Assembly (NCBI GenBank): GCA_050951325.1
Contig: JBMNIW010000005.1
Span: forward strand, 96,001 to 160,000
DNA: 64,000 bases
Origin: Clostridia bacterium
GTDB taxonomy: Bacteria; Bacillota; Clostridia; UBA1212; DUPL01
Direction of reading: 5' to 3'
A program made the translations under genes and the position numbers. The notes under the pieces were generated by a model. The model searched no databases. It saw nothing but the letters and a program-made list of their open reading frames with translations, and had not been told where the DNA came from. Shown here piece after piece: positions 39,450 to 49,168 of this stretch. Each line of letters starts with the position of its first letter. Position 1 is the first letter of the stretch.

Positions 39450-39997
39450 TGGAAAATAAACAGGACAACAAGTTGGAAACCATAGATGATATTGCAGTAC
39501 TAAGGTTTTTGGAAGACGAGGATATTGATCTGACAAAAACAGAAGGAGGTTTTCTTTCTCTTAAGATTGGGGAAGAGGAAGAGTACAAAAGAATTGCCCT
39601 TCAAAGAGCATTTCCTTTGAGCAGGCCTAATGAGTATATTACGATACGTGAAGTTAATGACAAACGGGAGCTTGGCAAGGAGATAGGAATAATATTGAAT
39701 ATAGAAGATATATCTCCTGAAAAGAGAAGGCTTATTGAGGATGAATTGGATTTACGTTATCACACTCCCGTTGTATTACAGGTGTATTCATTAAGGGATG
39801 AATATGGTTACATTTATATGAATGTCAATACAACTGCTGGGAAAAAGAACATTACTGTTCCAAACAGCAGCAACAATTTTATCAGGTTGTCCGACATTCG
39901 TGTACTGATTATTGATATGGATGGAAACAGGTTTGAAATACCTGATTACAAAACATTGGATCCTAAGAGTGTAAGGCTTCTTGAGACCGTTATTTAA
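39449..39997 (+). CDS. DUF1854 domain-containing protein
   Basis: RAFPLS.P.EYI.I...EIG.I, EL..RY..P, W/M.V.T..G, I.D.DGNRFEIPD...LD..S. Confidence 0.8.
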   Translation: MENKQDNKLETIDDIAVLRFLEDEDIDLTKTEGGFLSLKIGEEEEYKRIALQRAFPLSRPNEYITIREVNDKRELGKEIGIILNIEDISPEKRRLIEDELDLRYHTPVVLQVYSLRDEYGYIYMNVNTTAGKKNITVPNSSNNFIRLSDIRVLIIDMDGNRFEIPDYKTLDPKSVRLLETVI

Positions 39998-40010
39998 AGG
40001 GGTATAAATT

Positions 40011-42263
40011 ATGACTTTGCTATTTGATCTGCCCGAATGGGTAGAAGCAATTGTTAAAACAAAATATAAAGACGAACATGTGATGTTTGCCGTGCCGCAT
40101 GATTTGAACGAGGACAACAAGCTGCAGGAGGGCATGTTTGTTGTTACGGAAAAATTATTGCTTCTCTTTGCTGATGGAGAAGTAAAAAAAGAGTATAAAA
40201 TTCATGATTTTAAAGAATACAAGGCAACCATGTTTACATCCAGCGGTATTCTAGAAGCTGTAAATGTAAATGATCATGAGCAGTACATGCTTTTTCGGTT
40301 TACCATGGAACATGGTCCAAGGATTGCCACCATTGCTAGAAAACTGAATCTGTACATAGAGGGCAAGGATATGGACTTCTATATCGAGGAGCAGGACCCA
40401 AAATGCACAAAGTGCAATAAAGTCCTGCCAAAAGACAGCTCTATATGTCCATTTTGCGCAAACAAGCTGGATGTAATTGTCAGGTTATTAAAACTTTCTA
40501 AGAAGTACGTTCCATATCTTTTGTTTGGAATGGTACTGTTGCTTGTAATAACTGCGGCAAACATCCTGATGCCCAGATTCTATTCAGGGCTGGTCGACAA
40601 TGTATACACGCTACCCGAGGAAAACCGTGGGGAACAATTCATGCTGACATTTGCACTTCTGATTTTTGGCTACGCCATGTGTAGGGTAATTATTACAGTA
40701 ACCACCATATTCAGAGGACGCATTCTTTCAAGGGTCAGTGAAAAAATAATTCACGAACTTAGAGTTAGTGTATTTGAACACATACATACTTTGTCGCTGG
40801 GATACATAAACCGCAAAAAGACAGGAGATCTCATGAACAGAGTCTCCAGTGATACGGTTAGAATCCAGCAGTTTGTAGAAAACGAGATGGTTGAGGTCAT
40901 AAATCAGGGTCTGATACTTACTGGTGTAACCGTATTTTTGTTTACAATCAATTGGAAAATGGCTCTGATTGTACTGATTCCAGCACCATTCATTGTGCTC
41001 ATATTCAAATCTTTCTGGAACAGAATTTATTTGATTTATAGGAAATTATGGGAACTGTCATCCAGAAGCAACTCCGTACTACAGGATATTCTTAGTGGAA
41101 TTAGGGTTGTAAAGTCCTTTGGTACTGAAAAGAAAGAAGTTGCCAGATACAAGGAAATCTGCTCACAGTACAGGGATACTTCAATAAGGAATGAACTTTT
41201 CTGGGCAACTTTTTATCCGCTTCTTCACATGCTTACTTTTGTAGGGTACTTGGTTATTCTATTGTATGGAGGACTTGAAGTTGTAGGAGCGAAACTTACT
41301 ATTGGTGAGCTTGTTTTGTTCCTTACATACGCTTCAATGATTTATGATCCAATATACTACATGATAAGCCTTCCGAGGACAATTGCCGATACGGTGGCTG
41401 CTGCATTAAGAGTGTTTGATGTGCTTGACCAAAAGTCTGATATAGCAGACAAGGAAAAAGCTCTTGAATTTGCGATAAAGGGCGACGTTAAGTTTGAAAA
41501 AGTCGGCTTTGGTTACAAGTCCTATCTGCCTGTTCTTGAGGATATTAATATAGAGGTTGAAAGTGGAGAGATGATTGGCCTGGTAGGGCATTCGGGTTCA
41601 GGCAAAACCACTATGATTAACCTCATTTTAAGGTTTTACGATGTTGACTCGGGGGCGATATACATAGATGGTGTGAATATAAAGGACATTTCATTAAACT
41701 GTCTTAGGTCGCAAATTGGAGTCGTTCTGCAGGAAACATTTCTTTTTGCAGGCACTATCATGCAAAATATTTTATATTCAAAACCTAATGCGACGGCTGA
41801 AGATGTAATAAAAGCGTGCAAAGTCGCAAATGCCCACGATTTCATTATGAAGTTTCCAGATGGATATGACACTAAAATTGGACAATATGGTCAGACTCTG
41901 TCTGGCGGAGAGAAACAGAGAATTGCGATTGCAAGGGCTATAATACATAATCCAAGAATACTTATACTGGATGAGGCTACTTCTTCGCTTGATACGGAGA
42001 CTGAACTTTCCATACAGGAAGCTCTTAGAAGACTCGTTAAAAACAGGACCACCTTTGCCATTGCCCATAGGTTGTCAACTCTTAAAAACGCTAACAGACT
42101 TTTGGTACTTGAGCATGGGAAACTTGTTGAGTTGGGTACTCATAATGAGCTGATTGAGAAGAAGGGAATATACTACAATCTGGTGCTTGCCCAGCTCAGA
42201 ATGACAAGGCTGGTTGGTGACGAGGAGATAGTGGAAGAGGAAATCATTCAGGAAATAGTGTAA
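40011..42263 (+). CDS. ABC exporter (TMD+NBD) with N-terminal extension and Zn-ribbon
   Basis: CTKC...CPFC, TMD, GHSGSGKT, LSGGEKQR, ILDEAT, IAHRL. Confidence 0.9.
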   Translation: MTLLFDLPEWVEAIVKTKYKDEHVMFAVPHDLNEDNKLQEGMFVVTEKLLLLFADGEVKKEYKIHDFKEYKATMFTSSGILEAVNVNDHEQYMLFRFTMEHGPRIATIARKLNLYIEGKDMDFYIEEQDPKCTKCNKVLPKDSSICPFCANKLDVIVRLLKLSKKYVPYLLFGMVLLLVITAANILMPRFYSGLVDNVYTLPEENRGEQFMLTFALLIFGYAMCRVIITVTTIFRGRILSRVSEKIIHELRVSVFEHIHTLSLGYINRKKTGDLMNRVSSDTVRIQQFVENEMVEVINQGLILTGVTVFLFTINWKMALIVLIPAPFIVLIFKSFWNRIYLIYRKLWELSSRSNSVLQDILSGIRVVKSFGTEKKEVARYKEICSQYRDTSIRNELFWATFYPLLHMLTFVGYLVILLYGGLEVVGAKLTIGELVLFLTYASMIYDPIYYMISLPRTIADTVAAALRVFDVLDQKSDIADKEKALEFAIKGDVKFEKVGFGYKSYLPVLEDINIEVESGEMIGLVGHSGSGKTTMINLILRFYDVDSGAIYIDGVNIKDISLNCLRSQIGVVLQETFLFAGTIMQNILYSKPNATAEDVIKACKVANAHDFIMKFPDGYDTKIGQYGQTLSGGEKQRIAIARAIIHNPRILILDEATSSLDTETELSIQEALRRLVKNRTTFAIAHRLSTLKNANRLLVLEHGKLVELGTHNELIEKKGIYYNLVLAQLRMTRLVGDEEIVEEEIIQEIV

Positions 42264-42362
42264 GAATTTGAAAATTTATATATGTGTCAAAAGTATTGCT
42301 CATCCTTTAAGGATGTGCTATACTTTTAAAGAAGCCCTATTATTATCATGGAGTGTAAAAAA

Positions 42363-43370
42363 ATGCAGAACGAAAGAAATAGATTCATAAATGTATTAAA
42401 AACTAATATACCAGCAGTTATAGTAATTTTAATAATGACAATAGCTTTAAAAATTGCACTGGATTACAATGTAATTCTGTCTTTTATCATACTTTGCATT
42501 GCATATGTTGTACTAGGGATAATTGTAGAATTTATTCTTGAGAAAATAGAAGGAACAAGAACAGTACAGGAACCTCAGTATAGAAGCGAGAGACAAGTAA
42601 AGCCTAAACTTGTCGATCTTTCTGATGACAGCGATATTACAATAAAGCAAAGACCGGCCAGGAAAATTACAACATCTCCAAATGCTGCTGAGGTGGCTCA
42701 GCGTCTAAGGAAGACAAAGCTTAATTTTGATGATTTGTTGACCCTTTCAGACACCCCACAGACGGTTAGAAGGGAAGAAAAGGTGTTAGCCAGCAAGGTC
42801 AGCGTTATAAATGACTACTCAACGCTGCTTAACAAAGCCAAACAAACACAAGAAGAGCCAGAAGCGGCGCAAACTGAGATTAAAAGCACGGTTAGTGTGG
42901 AAAAAATAACCGACGAGAATTATAACAAGATTGAAAGCAAGAAAACTGATATTGACGAATCATACACTCTTGATGACAATGATTTTACTGTAAGACCTGC
43001 TGAAGATCTTGAGTCCGTTTCAAAGAGAATAAAACATGAGGTTGAAAAACGACTTTCCGATTCTAAAAAGACCATTTTCCCTAGAAGGAAAAAAGGTACT
43101 TCTTTAATGGAAGATTTGACATTTGATAATCAAGAGGAAGAAAAGAAAACAGAAAACATAGATACTGTTGAAAAGCTTGATGATTTTAAAATAGTGAGAG
43201 AAGATGACAAAAAGGATGACGAAGCTCTTGAAGATATTTTCTTTGAGGCGGATGGCGTTGAAGGCAACGACATGGCTGTTGCTGATACGGATTTAATAAA
43301 CGAGCTGTACACCGAAAAGGAAGAAGAGCCTAAAAAAAAACAACCTTTTTGGAAAAATCTTTTCCGTTAA
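42363..43370 (+). CDS. 2-TM protein with long acidic linker; probable N-terminal part of FtsK/SpoIIIE
   Basis: Two N-terminal TM helices and a charged low-complexity region; overlaps the FtsK motor ORF, which lies in the -1 frame. Confidence 0.6.
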   Translation: MQNERNRFINVLKTNIPAVIVILIMTIALKIALDYNVILSFIILCIAYVVLGIIVEFILEKIEGTRTVQEPQYRSERQVKPKLVDLSDDSDITIKQRPARKITTSPNAAEVAQRLRKTKLNFDDLLTLSDTPQTVRREEKVLASKVSVINDYSTLLNKAKQTQEEPEAAQTEIKSTVSVEKITDENYNKIESKKTDIDESYTLDDNDFTVRPAEDLESVSKRIKHEVEKRLSDSKKTIFPRRKKGTSLMEDLTFDNQEEEKKTENIDTVEKLDDFKIVREDDKKDDEALEDIFFEADGVEGNDMAVADTDLINELYTEKEEEPKKKQPFWKNLFR

Positions 43371-44839
43371 AAGAAAAAAGTAGCCGACAAAGTTATGAAA
43401 AGCCTCCCCAGGAGTTGATTAAACCCAGTATTCAAAGAGATGTCAATACTAATGAAAGGGATGAGGAGCTCAGGAAAAGGGGAGAGAAACTTATTACTAC
43501 TTTACAAAGTTTTGGTGTAGGCGCGAAGATTGTTGGAATATCCAAAGGGCCTACTGTTACCCGTTTTGAAATTCAACCGAATGCTGGTGTCAAGGTAAGC
43601 AAAATCGTTTCTCTTGCGGATGACATTGCCCTAAATCTCGCAGCTACCGGTGTAAGAATAGAAGCGCCCATACCAGGAAAAGCTGCTATTGGAATAGAAG
43701 TACCCAACAAGGAAGTGGACATAGTATATCTGCATGATGTTTTGTCCAGCAGCAAGTACATAAAAGCTCCATCCAAGCTATCTATTGCACTTGGAATGGA
43801 TATCTCTGGCAATATTATTGTGGGTGACATAGCAAGAATGCCTCACTTGCTGATTGCCGGTTCCACTGGCTCGGGAAAGAGTGTGTGTATTAACTCTATA
43901 ATCCTCAGTATACTGTTTAAGGCAAGTCCTGATGAAGTTAAATTTATAATGATCGATCCGAAAGTCGTTGAACTTGGCGTGTACAACGGCATACCTCATC
44001 TATTGATACCTGTTGTCACAAATCCCAAAAAGGCGGCAAGTGCCGTTGCGTGGGCTGTGAACGAGGTTGAAAATAGATATGCCATGTTTGCTCAGCATAA
44101 TGTAAGGGATTTGGCTTCGTACAACAAGCTTGCTTCCAAGAAGAATCTGGAGAGCGGAAAGCTTCCTCAGATTGTAATAATTATTGACGAGCTGGCGGAT
44201 TTAATGATGGTAGCGGCAAATGAAATAGAGGACTCGATTATAAGGTTGGCGCAGAAAGCACGTGCTGCAGGAGTGCATTTAGTTGTTGCAACCCAAAGAC
44301 CTTCAGTAAACGTCATCACCGGCCTCATAAAAGCCAACATACCTTCACGTATCGCGTTTGCAGTTGCATCACAAGTGGATGCAAGGACAATACTTGACCA
44401 TGCTGGTGCAGAGAAGCTGTTGGGAAGAGGAGATATGCTGTATCATCCTATTGGAGCTTCAAAGCCTTTAAGAGTTCAAGGTGCCTTTGTATCAGATAGT
44501 GATGTTGAAAAGGTTGTTGAGTTTGTTAAATCCAGCTATGGACCCGTTGAATATGACGAAGAGGTTGCCAGCATGATTGAAAGTACTCAAAACGCTGAAA
44601 CAATAGTACAGTCTGGCAATGGGGAAAATCCCGATGATGAGCTGATTGAACAGGCTTGCGAACTCGCATTTGAGTTCAACCAATTGTCAGCTTCATTTTT
44701 GCAGAGGAAGTTGAAGATTGGGTACTCGAGGGCGGCAAGAATTATTGACACCCTCGAGGATCGTGGTCTGCTGTCAGCTGCCGATGGCAGCAAGCCCAGA
44801 CAGGTTCTTATGAGCAGAAGAGAATGGTATGGCTCATGA
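43349..44839 (+). CDS. ftsK: DNA translocase FtsK/SpoIIIE motor (alpha-beta-gamma domains)
   Basis: [47 protein letters not shown], gamma domain [19 protein letters not shown]; start uncertain. Confidence 0.9.
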   Translation: MEKSFPLKEKSSRQSYEKPPQELIKPSIQRDVNTNERDEELRKRGEKLITTLQSFGVGAKIVGISKGPTVTRFEIQPNAGVKVSKIVSLADDIALNLAATGVRIEAPIPGKAAIGIEVPNKEVDIVYLHDVLSSSKYIKAPSKLSIALGMDISGNIIVGDIARMPHLLIAGSTGSGKSVCINSIILSILFKASPDEVKFIMIDPKVVELGVYNGIPHLLIPVVTNPKKAASAVAWAVNEVENRYAMFAQHNVRDLASYNKLASKKNLESGKLPQIVIIIDELADLMMVAANEIEDSIIRLAQKARAAGVHLVVATQRPSVNVITGLIKANIPSRIAFAVASQVDARTILDHAGAEKLLGRGDMLYHPIGASKPLRVQGAFVSDSDVEKVVEFVKSSYGPVEYDEEVASMIESTQNAETIVQSGNGENPDDELIEQACELAFEFNQLSASFLQRKLKIGYSRAARIIDTLEDRGLLSAADGSKPRQVLMSRREWYGS

Positions 44840-45586
44840 CAGAATTAGCCCCACCGGACAGTGGTCACTGCCATACACATCGGAATATATTATTGCATCT
44901 TCGATGCGGTTCTTTAATTTTTCCGAGACCAGAAAATAGTCTATTCTCCAGCCCGCATTGTTTTTGCGGGCATTAAACATATAACTCCACCAAGTGTATG
45001 CTCCTGTAACATCAGGATAAAGATGTCTGTATGTATCGACATACCCTGCGTCCAACAGCTGAGTAAATTTTTCTCTTTCTTCGTCTGTAAATCCGGCACT
45101 GCGTCTGTTGGTGTTCGGATTTTTCAGATCTATTTCTTTATGAGCTACATTAAGATCGCCGCAAATTATGACTGGTTTCATTTGCTCAAGTTTCAGTGCA
45201 TAATTTCTGAACTCATCCTCCCATACCATTCTGTAATCGAGCCTTTCAAGTTCAGTCTTTGAATTAGGTGTATATACGCAAATTAGAAAGAATTCCTCCA
45301 ATTCAATGGTAATAACCCTTCCTTCATTATCGTGCTCTTCGATGCCAAGTCCATAGCTTACGGACAATGGACTCGTTCTAGTATATATTGCTGTACCGGA
45401 ATAACCCTTTCTTTCAGCATCATTCCAATACTGCTCGTAACCTTCAAATTCCGGTGCACCTTGGCTTTGGTGCATCTTGGTTTCCTGTATGCAGAATATA
45501 TCTGCATCAACTTTATTGAAAAAATCAGAAAACCCCTTTTTCATACACGCTCTTAATCCGTTTACATTCCATGATACAAGTTTCAT
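44834..45586 (-). CDS. xth: Exodeoxyribonuclease III (AP endonuclease)
   Basis: [33 protein letters not shown]. Confidence 0.95.
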   Translation of the reverse strand: MKLVSWNVNGLRACMKKGFSDFFNKVDADIFCIQETKMHQSQGAPEFEGYEQYWNDAERKGYSGTAIYTRTSPLSVSYGLGIEEHDNEGRVITIELEEFFLICVYTPNSKTELERLDYRMVWEDEFRNYALKLEQMKPVIICGDLNVAHKEIDLKNPNTNRRSAGFTDEEREKFTQLLDAGYVDTYRHLYPDVTGAYTWWSYMFNARKNNAGWRIDYFLVSEKLKNRIEDAIIYSDVYGSDHCPVGLILS

Positions 45587-45685
45587 TTTCTACCTCCATA
45601 ATTCTTTACATCAATATTCTAACTTATTTTACTCTTGTTGTATATAACCTGCTGGTTAGGTATAATATAGATGGAGGAGACGATT

Positions 45686-46207
45686 ATGAGGTTATTTACA
45701 GCAATTCTTTTTAATGATGAAGTAAAAGACAAGTTGGAGAAAATCAAGAACACAGTTAGAGCATATGCTATAAAAGGAAACTTTACATTAAAAAACAACT
45801 TGCATCTGACATTGGTCTTCTTGGGTGAGGTTGAACAGTGCGATGTAGATTCTATTGTGAAAGCATTGGATAAAGTAGAGTACAACAAGTTTGACATGAC
45901 CTTGAACAGGCTTGGCAAGTTTTCAAGACGGGATGGAGATATTTTATGGCTTGGGATGGACAAAGAGAATTCTGACCTTGCCAGGCTTCGCAAACTTGTC
46001 TACAGGGAACTTGGTAAATTAGGCTTCCACCAAGACAAGTTCACACCACATATTACCCTGGGCAGGCGTGTTGTTTTAAAAGAGGATTTGGATTCAATAC
46101 AAACGAATGAAATATCAACAAGAGTAGACAGAATAAGTCTCATGCTGTCAGAGAGAGTTGATAATGTATTGACTTATACTGAAATATATTCTAAAAACCT
46201 GCACTAG
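45686..46207 (+). CDS. thpR: RNA 2',3'-cyclic phosphodiesterase (2H family)
   Basis: MRLFTAI, HLTLVFLG and PHITLGR (two HxT motifs). Confidence 0.9.
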   Translation: MRLFTAILFNDEVKDKLEKIKNTVRAYAIKGNFTLKNNLHLTLVFLGEVEQCDVDSIVKALDKVEYNKFDMTLNRLGKFSRRDGDILWLGMDKENSDLARLRKLVYRELGKLGFHQDKFTPHITLGRRVVLKEDLDSIQTNEISTRVDRISLMLSERVDNVLTYTEIYSKNLH

Positions 46208-46230
46208 GCGAAAAGCTTTGTGCAGGTTTT
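46193..46230. terminator. Bidirectional intrinsic terminator
   Basis: AAAACCTGCAC...GTGCAGGTTTT. Confidence 0.6.
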
Positions 46231-46238
46231 GGTATGGG

Positions 46239-46811
46239 TTAGTAATATGTCTTTCTGTCTTTCAAGTCTTGAACAATTCTTAGTGCTTCACCAAATCTCT
46301 GGAAGTGCACTACCTCGCGTTCGCGTAAGAATCTCAAGGGAGCAATAACATCAGGATCATCAGTCATGTGTAACAGATACTCATATGTAGTTTTGGCTTT
46401 TTGCTCGGCTGCAAGGTTTTCTATCAGGTCAGTTTCAGGATCCCCTTTTGATTGTAGGTATGCTGCAGTAAAGGGCACACCCGATGCATTCATTGGGTAT
46501 ATGCCGCAACCATGGTCAACGTATGCAGGATCATAGCCACAGGCCTTCAATGTCTCACAGTCAGCACCTTTCAAAAGCTGCGAACAAATAGTTCCTATCA
46601 TTTCCAAATGTGCCAATTCCTCTGTACCTATATCAGTCAGAATGGCTTTTGTCTCTCCTGTGGGCATAGTGAACCTTTGACTTAGATATCTCAGTGATGC
46701 GGCAAGTTCGCCATCAGGACCGCCGTATTGTGTGATGATAAGCTTTGCAAGCCTTGGATTTGGGTTTTTAATGTTTATTGGGAACTCAAGCTTCTTTTCA
46801 TAAATCCACAT
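46239..46811 (-). CDS. cotJC: Spore coat protein CotJC (Mn-catalase family)
   Basis: MWIYEKKL, QYGGPDGEL, DIGTEELAHLE, REVVHFQRFGE. Confidence 0.93.
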   Translation of the reverse strand: MWIYEKKLEFPINIKNPNPRLAKLIITQYGGPDGELAASLRYLSQRFTMPTGETKAILTDIGTEELAHLEMIGTICSQLLKGADCETLKACGYDPAYVDHGCGIYPMNASGVPFTAAYLQSKGDPETDLIENLAAEQKAKTTYEYLLHMTDDPDVIAPLRFLREREVVHFQRFGEALRIVQDLKDRKTYY

Positions 46812-46817
46812 TCAATA

Positions 46818-47081
46818 TCACTCCTTACATCCATATTTTCTTTCCCAAGGCCATGGTTCTTCAACCCAATCCCACATATCCTCGGAATTCGTATAGTTAA
46901 TAGCTGTCAGGGGCCCATACATGGCTTCAAAGCTTTCAATCATGACTTTTCTTTTTTTCGCAACATTATTGAACAATTCTATTGTTTCTGTGCAGGTGGG
47001 GTGAGTATCCAGATAAAGGTTCAGATCTATAAGAGCAAAATCCAGAGCCATTATTTCATGAAGCATTTTATCTCTATCCAT
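46818..47081 (-). CDS. cotJB: Spore coat protein CotJB
   Basis: DFALIDLNLYLDTHP, YGPL, W.W...PWPWE. Confidence 0.92.
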   Translation of the reverse strand: MDRDKMLHEIMALDFALIDLNLYLDTHPTCTETIELFNNVAKKRKVMIESFEAMYGPLTAINYTNSEDMWDWVEEPWPWERKYGCKE

Positions 47082-47083
47082 GC

Positions 47084-47329
47084 CTAACAGCACCCCCTGT
47101 CTTTATACGGTTGGTACAAATCTTTATAAACAGTGCCCTTTTCCAGGCTTTCGCAGATAGAGAACATCTTGCCTGGTTCCTGCCAAGGCACATAAATTGT
47201 AGCCAATCTACCTTGAGATGTTACGTCTGATACTGCCATTTTTCTCATATCCTCTTCATGAAGTGGAGTACTCATGAAAGGGGAAGTGCAATAATCCTTT
47301 TCACACAAGTTGGAACGATTGTCGCTCAT
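47084..47329 (-). CDS. cotJA: Spore coat protein CotJA
   Basis: LA..YVPWQ, L..GT.Y.DLY.PY; GGAGG RBS. Confidence 0.88.
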   Translation of the reverse strand: MSDNRSNLCEKDYCTSPFMSTPLHEEDMRKMAVSDVTSQGRLATIYVPWQEPGKMFSICESLEKGTVYKDLYQPYKDRGCC

Positions 47330-47598
47330 TAATTCAATTCCTCCATAAATATAATTCCGTTATATTATATTAACAACGTATGTTTAGTGTCACATTGGAT
47401 TTCGTGTTTTCTTCCATATGAAATACAGAGGCTGCAATATATCATATGGAATTATTTTAAATTTGGTGTTAAAAAGTATGATTTTGGGTATAATACTTAC
47501 AAGTGATATCTTCATTGCTTTATGCAAGAGGAATTTCACCCTGAAAAATATCTGTATAAATGGTGATGCTCCACATCAAGTAATTTTATTTTGTAAGA

Positions 47599-47653
47599 TT
47601 AGGAGTCAGTACAATATCGTTTGGTGAGATAGGTACGACTCCTAATTTTTTTT
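47599..47653 (+). terminator. Terminator-like hairpin in an ORF-free region
   Basis: TTAGGAGTC...GACTCCTAA followed by T8. Confidence 0.6.
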
Positions 47654-47812
47654 ATTTAGTAAATGAATGTAAACACTTCATATGGACTCTTAGTGAACAA
47701 GTGACAGTACCTTCGAAAGTTGAGCAGAAACCAATCACAAATAGATTTCTTCAATTGATCAGATTGTGAATTGTTGGGGAATGCTATAAATGATTTTGCT
47801 TATGTAAAGATT

Positions 47813-47853
47813 AAAGTCCACTTGGTGTGAAAAAGGGGTGGACTTTACTTTTT
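47813..47853 (+). terminator. Terminator-like hairpin in an ORF-free region
   Basis: AAAGTCCAC...GTGGACTTT followed by ACTTTTT. Confidence 0.55.
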
Positions 47854-47897
47854 CATTTTGAGTAAGCAAAATACAGGAGATTTTTTTAAAAATGGTG

Positions 47898-47926
47898 TTG
47901 ACAAGTCCCATTTGGTATGTTATTAT
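47898..47926 (+). promoter_or_regulatory. Sigma-A promoter of the tRNA-Thr/Tyr operon
   Basis: TTGACA-N17-TATTAT with A/T-rich upstream tract. Confidence 0.75.
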
Positions 47927-47980
47927 ATACGAGCTGTCAGCGAAACACCAAGACAGCAACGAACATTAAAAATTTAACAA

Positions 47981-48056
<76 letters not shown>

Positions 48057-48087
48057 GTTGTCTTAGAACATCTAAGACAACTTATAT

Positions 48088-48173
48088 GGGAGAGTACCCA
48101 AGTGGCCAAAGGGGGCAGACTGTAAATCTGTTGCTAGATAGCTTCGGTGGTTCAAATCCGCCCTCTCCCACCA
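48088..48173 (+). tRNA. tRNA-Tyr (GTA)
   Basis: Long variable arm, anticodon GTA, CCA end. Confidence 0.95.
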
Positions 48174-48208
48174 AAACTGTCGAGGAAGTAGTTCTTCGAC
48201 AGTTTTTT
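48174..48208 (+). terminator. Intrinsic terminator after tRNA-Tyr
   Basis: AAAACTGTCGA...TCGACAGTTTTT. Confidence 0.75.
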
Positions 48209-48281
48209 ATTTTTCTTCTGTATCTGTTGACATTAATGTATATCGGTGCTAGATTAACAGAAAAATGATAGGAGTTTAGTA

Positions 48282-49124
48282 ATGAAAACAGGCATTAGTT
48301 CATCTGCATACTTTGGCTTACATAGTACAGAAGCGGATTATGCAAAGATAAAATTACATGGATATGATTGTATTGACTATCAGAACTTTATTAATACGGA
48401 AACTGAATTGTTTACCATGTCCGATTCTGAGTTTGAGAAGTTTCTGTTAAGGGAGAAAGCTTATGCACAATCAGTAGGGATTGAAATCTTTCAGACCCAT
48501 GGACCATGGAGATATCCTCCTCAAGATTGTACGGAAGAGGATAGGGCAGAACGTATGGAAAAAATGAAAAAATCGATATGGGGCACATCATTGCTTGAAT
48601 GCAAGTATTTTGTAATACATCCTATCATGCCGTATGGCGCTGATAAGGACCCTGAGCCTGAAAGACTATTTGAAATGAACTTCGAATTCATGAGTGCTTT
48701 GCTTCCTGTCGCAAAAGAGCATGGTGTTGTGATTTGTCTTGAGAACATGCCCATGACTCAACTATCGCTATCAAGACCAGCAGAAATACTGGAGTTTGTA
48801 AAAGCGATAAACAGTGAAAACATGCAGGTGTGTATAGATACTGGTCATTGTGCGGTTTTTGGAGAATCTCCTGCTGATGCTGTCAGATTGACAGGGGAGT
48901 ATTTGAAGGTTTTACATGTGCATGATAATGACGGCAGGATGGATCTTCACTGGCTTCCATACTACGGGGTTGTTGACTGGGATGATTTCAACAATGCATT
49001 GAATGAAATTGGTTATGATGGATGCTTGTCGTTAGAAACCAACGTCTCAAGGAAAATACCTGCTGATATTAAGGAACATCATCAAATCGGACTTGCATTG
49101 ATAGCAAAAAAACTCGCTGAATAA
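48282..49124 (+). CDS. Sugar phosphate isomerase/epimerase family protein
   Basis: ICLENMP, CIDTGH, LHVHDNDG..DLH..P..G, LSLE. Confidence 0.85.
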   Translation: MKTGISSSAYFGLHSTEADYAKIKLHGYDCIDYQNFINTETELFTMSDSEFEKFLLREKAYAQSVGIEIFQTHGPWRYPPQDCTEEDRAERMEKMKKSIWGTSLLECKYFVIHPIMPYGADKDPEPERLFEMNFEFMSALLPVAKEHGVVICLENMPMTQLSLSRPAEILEFVKAINSENMQVCIDTGHCAVFGESPADAVRLTGEYLKVLHVHDNDGRMDLHWLPYYGVVDWDDFNNALNEIGYDGCLSLETNVSRKIPADIKEHHQIGLALIAKKLAE

Positions 49125-49132
49125 CTTGATTA

Positions 49133-49167
49133 AAAAAGACAGACCGAATTTATCAGTCTGTCTTTTG
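49133..49167. terminator. Bidirectional intrinsic terminator
   Basis: AAAAGACAGAC...GTCTGTCTTTT. Confidence 0.7.
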
Positions 49168-49168
49168 T

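Noticed and set aside
47418-47627. 69-aa plus-strand ORF as a possible small toxin
   Set aside because: No RBS, it spans a promoter-like element, and it ends inside a hairpin.
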